NCBI GenBank assembly: GCA_963575745.1
Contig: CAUYUJ010000128.1
Coordinates: forward strand, 1 to 64,000
DNA: 64,000 nt
Source of the DNA: Prorocentrum cordatum
Taxonomy: Eukaryota
Reading direction: 5' to 3'
The position numbers and the translations under genes were made by a program. Shown piece by piece: positions 43,701 to 57,700 of this stretch (position 1 is its first letter; each line of letters begins with the position of its first letter). Under the pieces are notes generated by a model. The model did not search any database. It worked only from the letters and a program-made list of their open reading frames with translations, and had not been told where the DNA came from.

Positions 43701-46700
43701 GACACCGTATTGAAAAATGAGGATGTCGCATGTCTGTCAGTGTCGTTCAACCGATCCCCATCCCCATCCACATCTCGAGCCCCGCCGTCTCACCGTCTCA
43801 CCACCTCAGGTTGGGGATGTGCCCCTCGAAACCCGAAGAGAGCAGCCTCTATCCCCATCCAGGGGGGTGAATCGGCCAGTGGGGCCCAGCCTGTGGGGAC
43901 GGGGATCGGTTAAACGATGCTCAGTCTGGGAAAGGTCCCAATACGGGGACTCTTCCCTTGTTTTCGTCCGTGTCGGCCTCCTGGGAGAGGCCCTCGTCCC
44001 CACGGCTGGACTCGCCCCGAACATGTCGCCAGCACGCATTCCCAGAGGGGTCCGGGAAACCGCAGTATTGGTACCGTTGTGAAGCGCTGGGGAGGGCCTC
44101 GGCATCGGCACCCTCCCCAGACAGCGGGCGCTTAGAACTAGTCGTGGCTCCTTCTTTAGCTTGGGAGGTCGGGTCGGGCCTTGGGGGCCGTCAACAGAAC
44201 GACTGCAGATGGCACAGCAGCCCTTGCAGAGGGGACGGGAACTGCGGGGGCCGTCGACTGCGCGGAATTCGGACATGCCAGGCCTCCTTGCGTGGTTCGT
44301 GCTGTTCTTCGTTTTCTTTTTCGTTTCGTTGTCTGCGCAGCTCGTTTCGTTGTTCGTTGTGTTATCTCACTAAACGGTGGACTCCCTTCGTTTTCTGTGC
44401 TTGTTTTTCCATGGCAGCGTTCGTTTTCAACGTTGGGTGTCGTTTCGTCTCTCGTCTCAAGCGCCATTTCGTTTGAAACTTCGTTGTGGCTGGGCCTTGT
44501 CATACAACTGCGATCGACTACCTTGTCACAATCTCGGCGTCTGGGTGCCCTTGGACGACCTTAGCAGTCAAAGACGGTGCGGGATGAACGAATAGCCCAG
44601 GGGATCGCCCACACGGAAATGTGGACTTGCCCAGACATCCAATTTGTCGAACCAGATCAGGACACAGCTTTTCACAGTGTGCGGCCTCTTTGCGGCTCGA
44701 CCCGGATCTGTGACAGTCGAACGACTCAGAATGTAAAGCTTCATGGGGGGAAGGGCCGGCATTTCCGAAGACACAGTGCGGCAATCAAGGCGTCGGGGAT
44801 CTGTGGACTGAGAAAAGGCACCACACCTCCGATAATCAATAGGCGCTTTCTGCGCGCGGCCCTTTGCGGTCACCGAGCAGCCTGTTTTGGTTCGATTCCT
44901 TCCTTAAGGTAGATTCGCGTCGTGTCGACTGGCGGCGACCCCGCCGCTGGTGCTCAACGTTGGACGCCGCCGACGACCCAGAATCGGTCGATGTTGAACA
45001 ACCTGACGCTTCGGAAACGGCCGATCGTTCAAGGTTGACGATCCGCGCGGTGTCAGAAACCAACGCTGAAGTCGGCACGACACGAACTTGCGGCAGCCAG
45101 CGTGGACTTGTTTGGTAGCAGCTCGTGTGAGCCCCGTATACTTTCAGAATTTCGCGTTCGCCTCGATCAGCGTCTGGCAGTCGATGAGATAGCGCCGAGT
45201 TTGCGCCGATTCGATTCGATCAACGTCGGTCAGCGTTCATGAGCGTCGATGTCGCTTATCCAACTCGATGCACCAACAAAACTGCATCAACATATTTTTT
45301 TGCCTGCCCGCTCGGGTTTTTGGGATCTGCGCTGGGACCACCTGGCGGCGCCTCTGGCGCCGTCCCTGGCGCGCTCCACGCACCGGGGAGGGAGATCCAG
45401 CTCAGAACCCAGAAATCCGCCCTGCCCGTCACATGCGATGACCCAGGGCTGGACCAATTCGCTGTTTTGCTGGATTCCGGCTGTGTTTTGTTTTTGTTCC
45501 TTTTGGGAGGGATGTGCAGGAAGACAGGTGGAACACAGGTAGATCAAAACGAAGCACAAGACGAAAAGAAGACGAAAATAACGTTTAGGTTCAGCCCTGC
45601 CGTGTTTTGTTCCTCGGTTGGCAGCCCTTTCCGGTTCGGCATCCTCCATGGGCGCGGTGACTGCCTAGCCTCGTCTGCCTCTCGGCCACCCGCAGGGCCG
45701 CGAGAGGTATGTAATGTTAAATCGGGCCTGTCCCTGCACAGGGAGATATTCTTACATTGTCAAAACAGATGGGGACGATTTGTTTGATAATTTTTTGATT
45801 TTTGGTGGAGTATGTTTGGAGTATGTCTTCAATTCATTCTTCGCCCGAAATCCGCCTGTAGGGGGACACGCCCAGACTAAATATAACGGCGCGCTTCGCG
45901 GGCCGCGGCCCGGGCCGGAGAGAGCGCCCTTCTCCAGGGGTCGGCACCAGGACGCGACGTCGGAGGTCTAGGGGGTGACACCGACGACGAGGTTTCGACG
46001 CAAATCGCCGACACCGATGATCAGATAGAGGTTGACAGCGGCACCGATGTTTAGATAGTCTTCCCCGTCTTGGGTTCAATGCGTCTCGGCAAAAGGCGCC
46101 AGACAGCTCTGAATAGCGCCATATAGCGCCCAACAGCGCTCAGTAGCGCTCAAGTAGCATTCAACTAGCGCCCAGTAGCGCCCACTGGCGCCCTGTGAGG
46201 GAGATGCATTCTGCCCGCGTTGCTCGCGAATGGGCGCGCTATTTGGCACGCCATGGGAACGACAGCATGCTTCCGTAAGGGTCTCATGCCACGACATCAG
46301 CGGTGTGCCTCCATTGGGAGAGGATGATGTCGATCTCGGTTCTGGCGGCAATGCCCGGACCTCCTGGGCGGCCGGAGGCTTGCATCCAACGCCGCGATCA
46401 CATTCCACATGTGGAGGCGCCCCCGCTGCGATGGTGTTGGTGCCCAAATTCCGAGCCTCCAGCGATGATGGCCGCACATCGCGCGGGCGCGGCGCGCGGC
46501 GAAGTTCTGTTGACACAGGTTTGAAGGACTGGTCACTGCGCGGGTGGTGCTTCCGCCTTCCAAGTCTGGACGCGCGTGGTCCCTCTCCTCAGGCTGCCGG
46601 GGCCCCAGGGCGCCTCTGTTTGGGCCACGGAGACTTCTGGCGGCGCCCCTCGGGACCTCCGCCGACCTCCAGAGATCGGTCGGATGGCAAGGCGGGGAGT

Positions 46701-49700
46701 GGTATGGGGAGGAGGAGGAGGAGGAGGAGGAGGAGGAGGAGGAGGAGGAGGAGAGGAGGAGGAGGAGGAGGAGGAGGAGGGGAGGGGGAGGAGGAGGAGG
46801 AGGAGGAGGAGGAGGAGGAGGAGGAGAGGAGGAGGAGGAGGAGGAGGAGGAGGAGGAGGAGGAGGAGGAGGAGGAGGATGACCAGTGTACGCCCAAGAGT
46901 CATCATCGATGTTGGAATTAACCATCCCTCCAAGCTCCCTCTTCATAGGCCCCTGCAACGGTTCATTTCCATTGAGGGAGCTGCCTCGTTGGAAGATAAC
47001 CGTTGGAAGATCTTGAAGCGTGCCAAAACATTGTTCTCGGGATTTCAACGCCACGTATCAACCTTACTGCTGCGTCTTGACGATCCGGAATCATGCCAGA
47101 ACGCGTTTTTTTGGTAAACATTGCGAATCAACATAATTGTTGGGCCCGCATAATCCTGAATCCTTCCAAAGCGCCATTTCTGGTACTCTGATCATGGGAC
47201 TCCGTGAAACTCTTGCGTTTTTAAATACGAATGTGCGCGGCGCTAAGGCGAGCGCCACATTTCGAAAACGACCCACCTTCAATCCGTGAAAGTTTTTTGG
47301 AAACTTGTCGAAACGAACCTGCGCGGCGCTAAGGCGAGAGCCACATTTTGAAAACGATACCGCTCCCAATCTGCAATGTGTTTTGCAACTTTTCAAATCG
47401 AATGTGCGCGGTGCTAAGGCGAGAGCCACAGTTTGAAAACCACCCGCCCTCCATCTGTGAAACTGTTCTCACTTTCAGAGCTTCAGGGTCATAAGTGGTG
47501 GGGGAGCCTCAGGGGAAACGCCCGGCCCGCCCTAAAGACTGGCCTCGGGGTGCGACAGGGAGAAGTTGTCTATAAGGAGAAGGAATGGAGGAGGAGAAGG
47601 AGGAGGAGGAGGAGGAAGGGGAGGAGGAGGAGGAGGAGGAGGAGGGGGAGGAGGACAAACTTAGCGAATCAGCTCACGCAGCTGGCCTCCCTGGCGCCTG
47701 CCTACGCTGGAGGCGCAACGTGCATCAAAGAGACAGCGCCCAGCAGCGGGACCCACCAGCGGCGTGCGGGAAATGTCGCATCCCCCCCCCTCCTCCTCCC
47801 CCCCCTCCTCCTCCTGGGGTTAAGTCGGGCATGCCCTTCTACAGGAGGAAGATTCAGATGCAGTCAAAAATTGTCAGGGAACGATTTTCCTAATTTTTTC
47901 ATTGTTTGTAACACGTGTGTCGAGTATTCCAAATTCTTCATCCAGAATCCGCCTGTAGGAGGACATGCCCGACCCCAACCCAGAGACCCCCAGAGGCCCC
48001 CGGAGACCTCCCTGCGGCATGCGCCGACGCGCCATTGCGATCCAAGCGCAGGCGTCCAAGGAAATTTGTCCCCGTGAGTGGCGCAGAATCGGCTGAAGTC
48101 GAAAGATCCGCGCGATCGGAAAAAGCCGCGAAGACATCGAGCGATCCGCGCTATCGGAGTGCCGCGATCGTCGAAGGCTGACCGGTCCTTCAGGGTTGTG
48201 CAGACATCGGGTGATCCGCGCTACGGAAAGCAGCGATGCTTCCAGGTTGAGCAGTCTACGCGGTGATTGAATTCAGCGCCGACGTAGTCATTCATTGCAC
48301 GATACAGCCGAAGACGAATCGGTTCGGAGACCAAGCAGCCCATTCCGTTTCTATGTATTTCGTGCGGTAAGTTCGCATCGTGTCGACGGGCCGCGACCCC
48401 GTCGTTAGCGCTCCATGTTGGACACCATTGGCGATCCAGAATCGGTCGACGTCGAACGATCTGACGTTTCGGAAATGGCCGATCGTGCAAGATGATCGAT
48501 CCGCGCAACGTTAGAAATCAACGCTTCAGTCGGGCCTGTCCCTCAACAGGAGGAATATTCAAAAATAGCAAGCAAATAATAGTCAGGGGACGTTTTTTGT
48601 TTTTTTCTAGCATTGTAGATGTATATTTTGAGTTATTTGTTACTTTTCGTCCGAAGTGCGCCTGTAGGGGGACGTGCCCGACCTAATGCTACCCCTTCCC
48701 CCACGCAAACCTCGTTCAGCCCGAATATCAGAGTACATAGTAGGAGGTACCCAGACAGCCTGCCCATTCTTCGTTATCAGCTTCTTGGGCCTCCTGGGAT
48801 GCCCTCGTCGCCACCGCTGGATTCGCTTCAAAATTCTGGTCAGAACGCACCTCGAAAGAGGTCCGGGGAGTAGCGGTATCGGTACCTTTTGTTCCCCAGG
48901 AAAAACGAGGACCTCCCCAGACATACGATGCAGTTTGTTGAACAGCGTGGCTCCTCAGGTCTTCGCGCCGAGCTGGCTCTGACAGTCCCGCGACGTCGGT
49001 TACCCAGGCGGTGGGTACTCAGGAGGGGAAAACCACACAGACACAATGAAGTGCCGATCCCCAGGGAAATAATGGGAAAATATGGGGAGTGCAGGGGGGA
49101 AGACGAACATTCAGAACATATGAGAACATGCACAGGGAATCCTGGGATTCGTGTCTATTTGTCTGTGTGTCCCATTGCCCCTGCAGGTATCGGGGGCGGA
49201 AAAGAGGGGGGTGATGACTATGAGGGGGATATCATGGCGTGGGCCATGACATTTCCCCAGATTTCATGGCGCCTCTTCTTATTTCATTACGCCCCTGGCC
49301 CCCCCGCTAGGCCGCGCACATGCCGCCGGTCATGATTTGCACCCCCCCCTCTTGGACGCCCCCCCTCTTGGCCGCTCCCGAAGGCACGAGCGTGCTGCCT
49401 CTCCGCCTCGCTTTGTTTTTTCCCGGCGGGAGGGCGTGGCCCGGGTCTGGCAGCCTCCAGGAGCTCGCCTCGTCCAGGGAGGACCTGCGCGCCGCGAACG
49501 CGGACGCCGTGGCCGCCGTGGAGGACCGGGGGAGGAGAACCGCCCAGAGGCGAGAGGCACCTCCTCCTCCTCCTCCTCCTCCTCCTCCTCCTCCTCCTCC
49601 TCCTCCTCTTCCTCCTCCTCCTCCTCCTCCTCCTCCTCCTCCTCCTCCTCCCCGTCCAGTTCTCCTGCAGAGGGTGGGGGGGATACCTGGAGACGGGGGG

Positions 49701-52700
49701 GGGGAGAGAAAGGTGCCCCTTTCGGGCCCCAAAGGCCCCCCTCTTGGGCCGCAGAGGGCCCCTTGGGGGGCCCCAAAGTGGCCTCGTCTCTCTGCAGCCC
49801 TCGCTGCCCAATCCCCCCCTCCCACATGGATCGCCCTCCCCCCCCCCCCCATCACTTCGCGCCCAAGGCGGGAGCGAGGGGGGGGGGGGAAGCGAGAAGG
49901 AGAGGGCTCTTTCAGAAGGCGGCGGGACTCCTCGGAAGCCCTCGCGCCTCCTGAAAAGTATTTTTTGTTAGTCTTCGGTGAAGGCTTAGAATGCTTCTGA
50001 GGAGGCCGGGGGACTTCCGAACCTTCTGAGAAGGCTTTCTCATTCTCACTTCCCCCCCTCGCTCGCCGCCAAGCTTCAGCACCCCCCCCTCACGAGAGCG
50101 GGAAGACCAGGAAGGCTCCAGGCTTTCCAAATGCGGTCCGAATAGATGGAGTCGGTCCGCATCGCCGATGCATAGGCGACGCGGCTCAATGTGGAACCCG
50201 ACTGTCTCCACGCCAGTGGCGGCGATGCATCGGCGATGCGGCGCCATCCTCCGACCCCGTCTACTCGGACTCCATCGGGAAGCCTCCAAGGACAGCTAGA
50301 GGAGGAGGGGGCCCGGCGAGTATCCAGCAGCGTCGCCAGATGTTGTCTGCCATCCCCCCCGTGGCAACAAGCCCAGCACGTTTCCCAGCCCTGATCACCG
50401 AGCTCCGATTGCCCCAGAGGGGGCGAGGCGAGTGGTGGAACCTGCTGCATTTTCTTGATGCCTCTTCTTGCCTGTGTTGTTTGAGCCCCTGCGCTATGGG
50501 AATATCTCTGGCGATGAAAGAGCCACTGGACAAGGAGGCCCCGGCGCCCGACGGTGTGCTTCTGTTCGTTGCAGTGCGCGAGCAGGCGCGGGCCTTGTCT
50601 GTGGATGTCAGGCCAGCGCCGTCTGAGAAGCAGCCCCCTTCTGAGAAGCCTTCCCCCTCTTCCCTGCCCGCCCCCCCCTGGCGTGCCGCCAGACGGAGGC
50701 CCCGACAACCGACGATGTGCTTGTTGTGGCAGTGCGCGGCCCCAGAAGCCGACCCCCTCCCCGCCCCCCCCCGCGGGCAGTCCTTCGTTCTCCGTGGCCC
50801 CGGCGGTCGCGACGGCGGGCCCGCTGGCGCCCGACGCCGGGACGAAAGGCATCGGAGATCCGCAGGCGCTCTTCCAGAGGGCAGGATGCGCACACGCACA
50901 CGCGTAACACCTCCTGGATCTGGGGCTGCCAGCGGCCAGAACCATCGACCGGAGTGATATGGTACGCAGCGCACATGCACACATGCACGCATGCACACAC
51001 ACTCACTCACACACGCACATACACACACACACACTGTTCGTTGCGGCACTGCAGCAGCAAACCGCTCGCGCGTTGAGGGTGTCGGGGGCACTGGATAAAT
51101 TATATAATTGTCTGGCAGCACAGGGGGTGGCTGGCGCGCGAGGAGGAGAACCGGCCTCGGATGACACGAGGGAGGGCTAGGGCATTTACGGCTGAAAGCA
51201 TTTCAGGAGGAGCGCGCGCACACGCACACACACACACACACGTCTTCGCAATAGCTGGGTTCAGAGTACTCCAGGTTTCTTCATAAGCGTGGGGGTGTAA
51301 TTACCCCCCCGATGGGGGTCGACCTCGCCTCGTCGTCGCGCTGTGACGGGGGTCGGAGCGCCTCCGGCCCGCGGTGGCTGCCCGCGACGGGGGTCGATAT
51401 GGAGCTGTCGGCGGGGGTGACGCCCCCCCGACGCTTCATAAGAAACTCGGGGTACGGAGATCAAGCCGACGTGGCAGGCCTCGACGTGTCGGGTCGATGC
51501 GAGCTCCGAGACACGCGTCACGCTTAGAAGGGCCGCCGCGCATACGCACATACACACAGACACGTCTTCGCAATAGCTGGGCTCAGAGTGTGGAGATCAA
51601 GGCGGCGCGGCAGGCCTTGGCGTGTCGGGCCGACGCGAGCTCCGAGGCACCCGTGGCGCTCAGAGAAGGGCGGGCCGCAGGGGGGGGGGGGGGGGGGCGG
51701 GGGACGCGGCCGCCACGGGCAGGGGCGGCAGAGTTCGGATGCGGCACCTGTGGCCGACGAGCCGCCGCGCACGCACCGCACCGCTTCGCAGAGTGGTCGC
51801 CGCCGGCAGGATGCAGGGTTCAGACTCGGGAGCCTTGAGACGGGGGTCAATGCAAACGGGGGTCAGCCAGAGCGCCAGATCTTGCAGGATCTTGCGAAGA
51901 CCCCCTCTGGCTGACCCAGGTTAGCGAGCCGCTTGTGGCCGCGAGGGCGCCGCGCATATTGGCCGACCCTGGTTTGTGAAAACCTGCGTTGCAGTTTTTG
52001 TTCCTGCATTGCAGTTGTTTGGTTTCCTGCTGACCCGGGTCCGGATGGACCCGGGTCAGAAGATCCCCGACAGACGCAAGTAGATGTTTCATGGTGCCAA
52101 CACCGCAAGGCGGAGATCGTTCGGAAAACGACAGAACGGACCCGGAGTGCCCTGGAGGATCTCGTTCCAGATTCCGAAGCGGATGTCGAGCGGATTTCTG
52201 TGGGCCAGGAATGAAGACTTAAAACAAATCCACGGGGGAAATTCACTTCGTTATTCGCTCGCCGTTTCGGCAGACGCAAGCATCGAAAAACACCAAACGC
52301 CATAAACATAAACTTTGGGCGCTCCGCGCGGATTTCTTGGATCCGCGCCTGGCCCCCCCCCCAGGCGGCGCCTCCGGCGCCGCCCCTGGCGCGCTCCGCG
52401 CGCCAGGGAGGGGGTCCAGCGCGAATCCAAGAAATCCGCGTGGAGCACCAACAGTTTATGTTTATGGCTTTTTTCCTTCTTCTAGAGCAGATCTTGGAGC
52501 ACCGGGTGAGCACAGGCGCAGGGTGAACGTATGGCCAGACCTCCAACGCATCGACAAAGTCAAGGCTGTCCTTTTCCTGGGGGCCCTCGCCGCGGCACGC
52601 TTCGGAGCGACACGTTCCCATATCCAAGCGTCCACGTGCCGAGTGATTCCCAGCCTCCAGACACACAGAGCGGAGCGACACGCCATCCGCTCTCAGGGCA

Positions 52701-54646
52701 TGGTCGTTCGCCGCGGGCGCCGCCGCAACACGCTACGTCACATTTTGCGGCGGAGGGGAGGGGGTCATCAGCCTCCCAGACGAGCAGCTCTAGATTCCCC
52801 CTCCAGGCCAGCCATAAAAGGGCGGTCTTTTGCCCAGACCCCCAGACCTTCCCCCCCCCCCGAAATCCTTTCCCCTATTCTTACCATGAAGTTCGGAGCA
52901 TCGAAGAAAACAAGCGCCCTAACCATAAACTCTTGCCGCTCCGCGCGGATGTATGAGATCCGCGCTTGGGCCCCCTGGTGGCGCCTCCAGCGCAGCCCCT
53001 GGCGCGCTCCGCGCACCAGGGAGGGGGCTCTAGCCCAGATCCAAGAAATCCGCGCGGAGCACCACAAATTTGTGTTCTGTGGCGTCTTTCTTCTTCGATC
53101 CTCCCTATCCTTCTCCTGATCTTCCGCTGGAGACCTGGGCGGAGGCCTGATCTCCAAGAGCTGGTGCGGAGGAGGAGGAGGAGGAGGAGGAGGAGGAGGA
53201 CGACGACGACGAGGAGGAAAGCGAGGAGGAGTGGAAGGAGGAGGAGTACGAGGAGGAGGAGGAGGAGAAGGAGAGGGAGCAGGAGGAGGAGGAGGAGGAG
53301 GAGGAGGAGGAGAGGAGGGGAAGGAGGAAGAGGAGGAGGAGGAGAGGGAGGAGGAGGAGGAGGAGGAGAGGAGGAGACGGCGAGAGCTCCTGCCCTTGAG
53401 GCGGAGGAGGAGGAGGAGGAGGAGAAGGAGGGCAAGGAGGAGGAGGAGGAGGAGGAGGAGGAGGAGGAGGAGGAGGGAGGAGGAGTGCTCGACCTCCCAC
53501 GAGGAGGCCGCCTCCCTGAGGGCCGACCTCGCGGACCTGCAGCTCTCGCGGGTCTGGGGCGCGCAGGACGCTCGGCCCGCGGACGACGACGCCGAGCGGG
53601 GGCCGCCCGTCGAGGGGACGGAGCCGCAGCGCCTCGCGGCGGACCCGGGATGCGCCGAACAGACGGGCTCGAAGAGAGGTCATTTAAGAGCCCACAGTGT
53701 CGCAGAAGATCACCACCCACCAAACCACCCCAACCCAACCCGAAGGCTCAGATTTACCCTCGATTTCCAGTAGGGGGGGTGTCGGGAAACATCGAAAAAA
53801 CACGTGTGGAGCCCTTACCCCCCCCCAACCCGAAATTCGGGTCTTCGGGTTGGGTTGGGGTGGTCTGGTAGGTAGTCAGAAGAAGCAACGATGGAATATC
53901 AAAGCGGCGCCGCTCGGCGGTCCTCCCCGTGGGCCGCGGCGGCGCAAGCGGCGCCGTGGGCCCGGCCGTCGAGCGCGGCAGCCCTGCCAGACCTCCGAGG
54001 AGGCGGGTTTTCGAAGACGGGGGTTCGAGGAGCGCAGAACGACGGCGCGTTCCACTGCAGGCGGCCCAAAGGATATGAAATCCCAAAATATCAACGCCCA
54101 GAGATAAGGATCCAAAATATCGAAGAAGACAAAAGCGCTGCAAACATCACAAGGCGGATTTCGTTCGGATGCGGCACCTATGGCCGACGAGCCGCCGCGC
54201 ACGCACCGCACCGCTTCGCAGAGTGGTCGCCGCCAGCACGATGCAGGGTTCAGATGCAAGTAGATGTTTCCTGGCGCCAACATCGCGGAGTGGAACTTCT
54301 TCGGAAAGCGATCGGATGGATCCGGACTGTCCTGGAGAATCTCGTTCCAGATTTCGAAGCGGAGTTCGCGCGGATCTTTTTTGGGGTCAGGAATGAAGAC
54401 TTTGAAACAATCCACGTGCGATTCACTTCGTTCTTCGCTCCCCGTTTCGGCAGACGCAAGCATCGCAGAAGAACAAACGCCATATACGTATTTTTTGGCG
54501 CTCCGCGTGGATTTCTTGGATCCGCGCCTGGGCCCCCGGCGGCGCCTCCAGCGCCGCCCCTGGCGCGCTCCGCGCGCCGGCCCTCTGGGGAGGGGAGACC
54601 AGCGCGGCTCCAAGAAAGCCGCGCGGAGCGCCCCCCCCAAACAACA

Positions 54647-54711
<65 letters not shown>

Positions 54712-57700
54712 CGGAGGTGAGGCGGGTGAGATCGCAGTGGAACGGAGAGCCCCCCCACCGGGCAATCGGTTTCTGTTTCGTGTTCGTGTCGTGCGTGCGG
54801 GTGGGGCGAAGCTGCGCGTGATCCTCCTGTAGCTAGGCCGAAGTAGGAGAGAAAGTCCGTTCCCGTCCGCCGGTGGCTGGGAGGTGTCCCAGTTGGGCCG
54901 GGCGGTGTCCCGGGTGTCCCGGGTGTCAGTAGGAGGGAAAGTCCGTTTCCCGTCCGCCGGTGGCCGGGAGGTGTCCCAGTTGGGCTGGGCGGTGTCCCGG
55001 GTGTCCCGGGTATCCCGTACGTCCTGGCGATAACGCATGTCGCTCATTTCATAGTTCATTTTTTCCGGCGCCTGTGGCGGGCTTTCTTATCCAATCCATC
55101 TTATTTTATCCAATCCATGTTGTCCAATCCAATCTATCTTATCTTATCCAACACATATTGTCCCATCTTACCTGATCCCACCCAATCCAATCCACTCAAC
55201 CCAATCCATCAACTCATTTGTTTCTGCGCCTGCGGCGGGCCAATCCAATCCATCTTATTTGATCCTATCCATTTCTCCCAATCCAACCATCTTATCTTAT
55301 CCAATCCATCTTATCCCATCCAGTCCAATCCACCCAACCCAATCCATGAATTCATTTTTGTCGGCGCCTGCGGCGGGCTTTCTTGTCCAATCCATCCAGA
55401 GAGAAAGAGAGAGATGAGATCAAGGTGACAGGCTGGAGGTCAGTCAGGGTGGGCATTTGATCTCAATCCCCCCCCCAAACCTCCTTATCGCCCGCAGGGC
55501 GGTTGTATAGGTATATAAAGTAAGAGAGTAATACTAGTTCCCTTTCCAGAAGGAGTGCTCAAAAATAGTAAAGAACAGCCTAGGGGCGATGTTTCGACCA
55601 TTCTTGACGTTCTGGGAGCACTGTTTGGCTATGGTTTCTTTTCTCCCAACATCGGCTTGTATGAGGCTATGCCCGACCTAAAACTGTTTCGTTGGCCTCA
55701 GACAGCGGTGAATGTGATCGTTTTCTCATTCCTTGTTTTGCCGATCGGCGCGGTCCCTCGCACCCCCCCTCCCCCTCCCTGGAGTAGATCTTGGCTGTCT
55801 GGAGCGCCTGTTTCACGCAGGTGGGGTCTCCCCCACAGGACGCACTGTTGCAAACAGTCGCATGAAGCAGAGTTCCCGAGCTCGACCCCCCTCCCCCCCT
55901 TCCGCCCAATGTCGAACAACTTGTTTTAAGTCGGGTATGTCACATCGTATGGGGACAATTGTTCGACCGCAGTTGATTGTTTGGGGGTATTGTTTGACTA
56001 TTTTCAACTGTTCCTCCAAAATCCGCCTGTAGGAGGCCGTGCCCGACCTAGAACTGTTTCGGGGGCCTCGAGTCGGGGGTCACTGCAGACGGGGGTCCAG
56101 CCGAGCGCCGGATCTTGCAGGATCATGCAGGAAGCTGCATTGAACCCGGGCTGGGGTGCAGGGTCCTGCAGGATCCTGCGAGGTCCGACTGACCCAGGTC
56201 TGGATTGTCGTGGGTGGGCAGAACCCCCACCCTGACGCGTCGGACCTCGAGGGGGGCGCCGCGGCCGTTATTTTCCAGGCTTGCGCCCGCCAGGTTTGGG
56301 CCCGATGCCGTCCTCATTCGACCACGCTTTCCTGAAATGGCTTCTGTCCGTCCCCGAGATGGGGCCCGGGTCCGCAGATCCCCGAGTTCTTGGTCGCAGC
56401 GGCGCGGCTCCACGCCGCGGTCGGAGGCGGCCGAGGTGCCTGACCAGGGCCCAGTGGGGTACGGTAGTGCCCAAGGAGGAGGAAGAGGAGGAGGAGGAGG
56501 AGGGGGAGGAGGAGGAGGAGGAGGAGGAGGAGGAGGAGGAGGAGGGGACGACGAGGACGAGGACGAGGACGAGGAGGACGAGGAGGAGAGAGGAGGAGGA
56601 GGAGGAGGAGGAGGAGGAGGGAGGAGCAAGAGGAGGAGGAGGAGGAGGAGGACGGGCGCGGACGGAAGAGGGGGAAGCCACAGGCGGCTGAGCACGCTCA
56701 GAGCATGAAGTTTGGTGGGCATGTTTTCCACCGCGACCACCATAAGTAGGTGGGGGAGGGGGTCCTCCTCCTCATCCTCCACCTCCTCTCCCCCTCCAAC
56801 TGATGGTAGTGGTGGTGGTGGTGGTGGTGGTGGTGGTGGTGGTGGTGGTGGTGGTGGTGGTGGTGGTGGTGGTGGTGGTGTAAAACAGGCTCATCAATGT
56901 TCCTGCGCGTATGTGCCAGAGCACAGGCCTTCGCAGGAGGGAGAAGCAGTCGAAGGTGGCCAAGGATATGAGCAGAGTCCCTGATCCCAGGGAACCAAGA
57001 CACCAGGGTCTGCGGATGCTATCGATGCGAAACTGTCACGGCGAGATTGTTCCTTGGACGCTGGGAACGTCCTGAACGACGGCCTGAGGCCCGAATTCTG
57101 GCCCCGAAGCCCTGACTCCCTCTCGCCGTGAAGAAACCACGGCGTGAGGCTTCTGCGTACGCTTTGCCTCTGGGGACCCCCGCCGCACCAGGGGGGGCAT
57201 CAAAACACTGTTCGGAGTGCAAAGACGACCCTGGGGGAACGGTCGGGACACGACACCAGAGAACGGGTCTGAACAGGCAGAAAAGCCAGATCTTCGACGA
57301 CTACGGGGTCTTAGAGTGGGGGCCCATGCCAAGAAACACTCTGCTTGCCTCCAGGGTGCCCTGGGTTTCTTGGGTCTCGATGGTTTTGCGATGGACAGCG
57401 TGACGTTCCCACGCCAAGAATCGATGGACGTTCTGGGATCTAGTCTCAGAGTTGGGTCTCTTGCGGACGGTTTCTTGTGGGCGAGCTCCGACTGTACGTT
57501 TCATGCCGATCGCGGATCCGACTTACCGACTCGATTCTCGCTTGTCCTGCCCTCGTCCGCGCACCTCGTCCGGGGTCTCCGGGTGGGGGCTTCTTGTGGG
57601 AGTTCTCTTGCGGCCGAGCTCCTCCTGTAGATTTCCGACGCTCAGGAGTGCTCGGTCCCCGCACTTCTCGACGATCGGCCTCTGGGGCCTGCTGTCGGGG

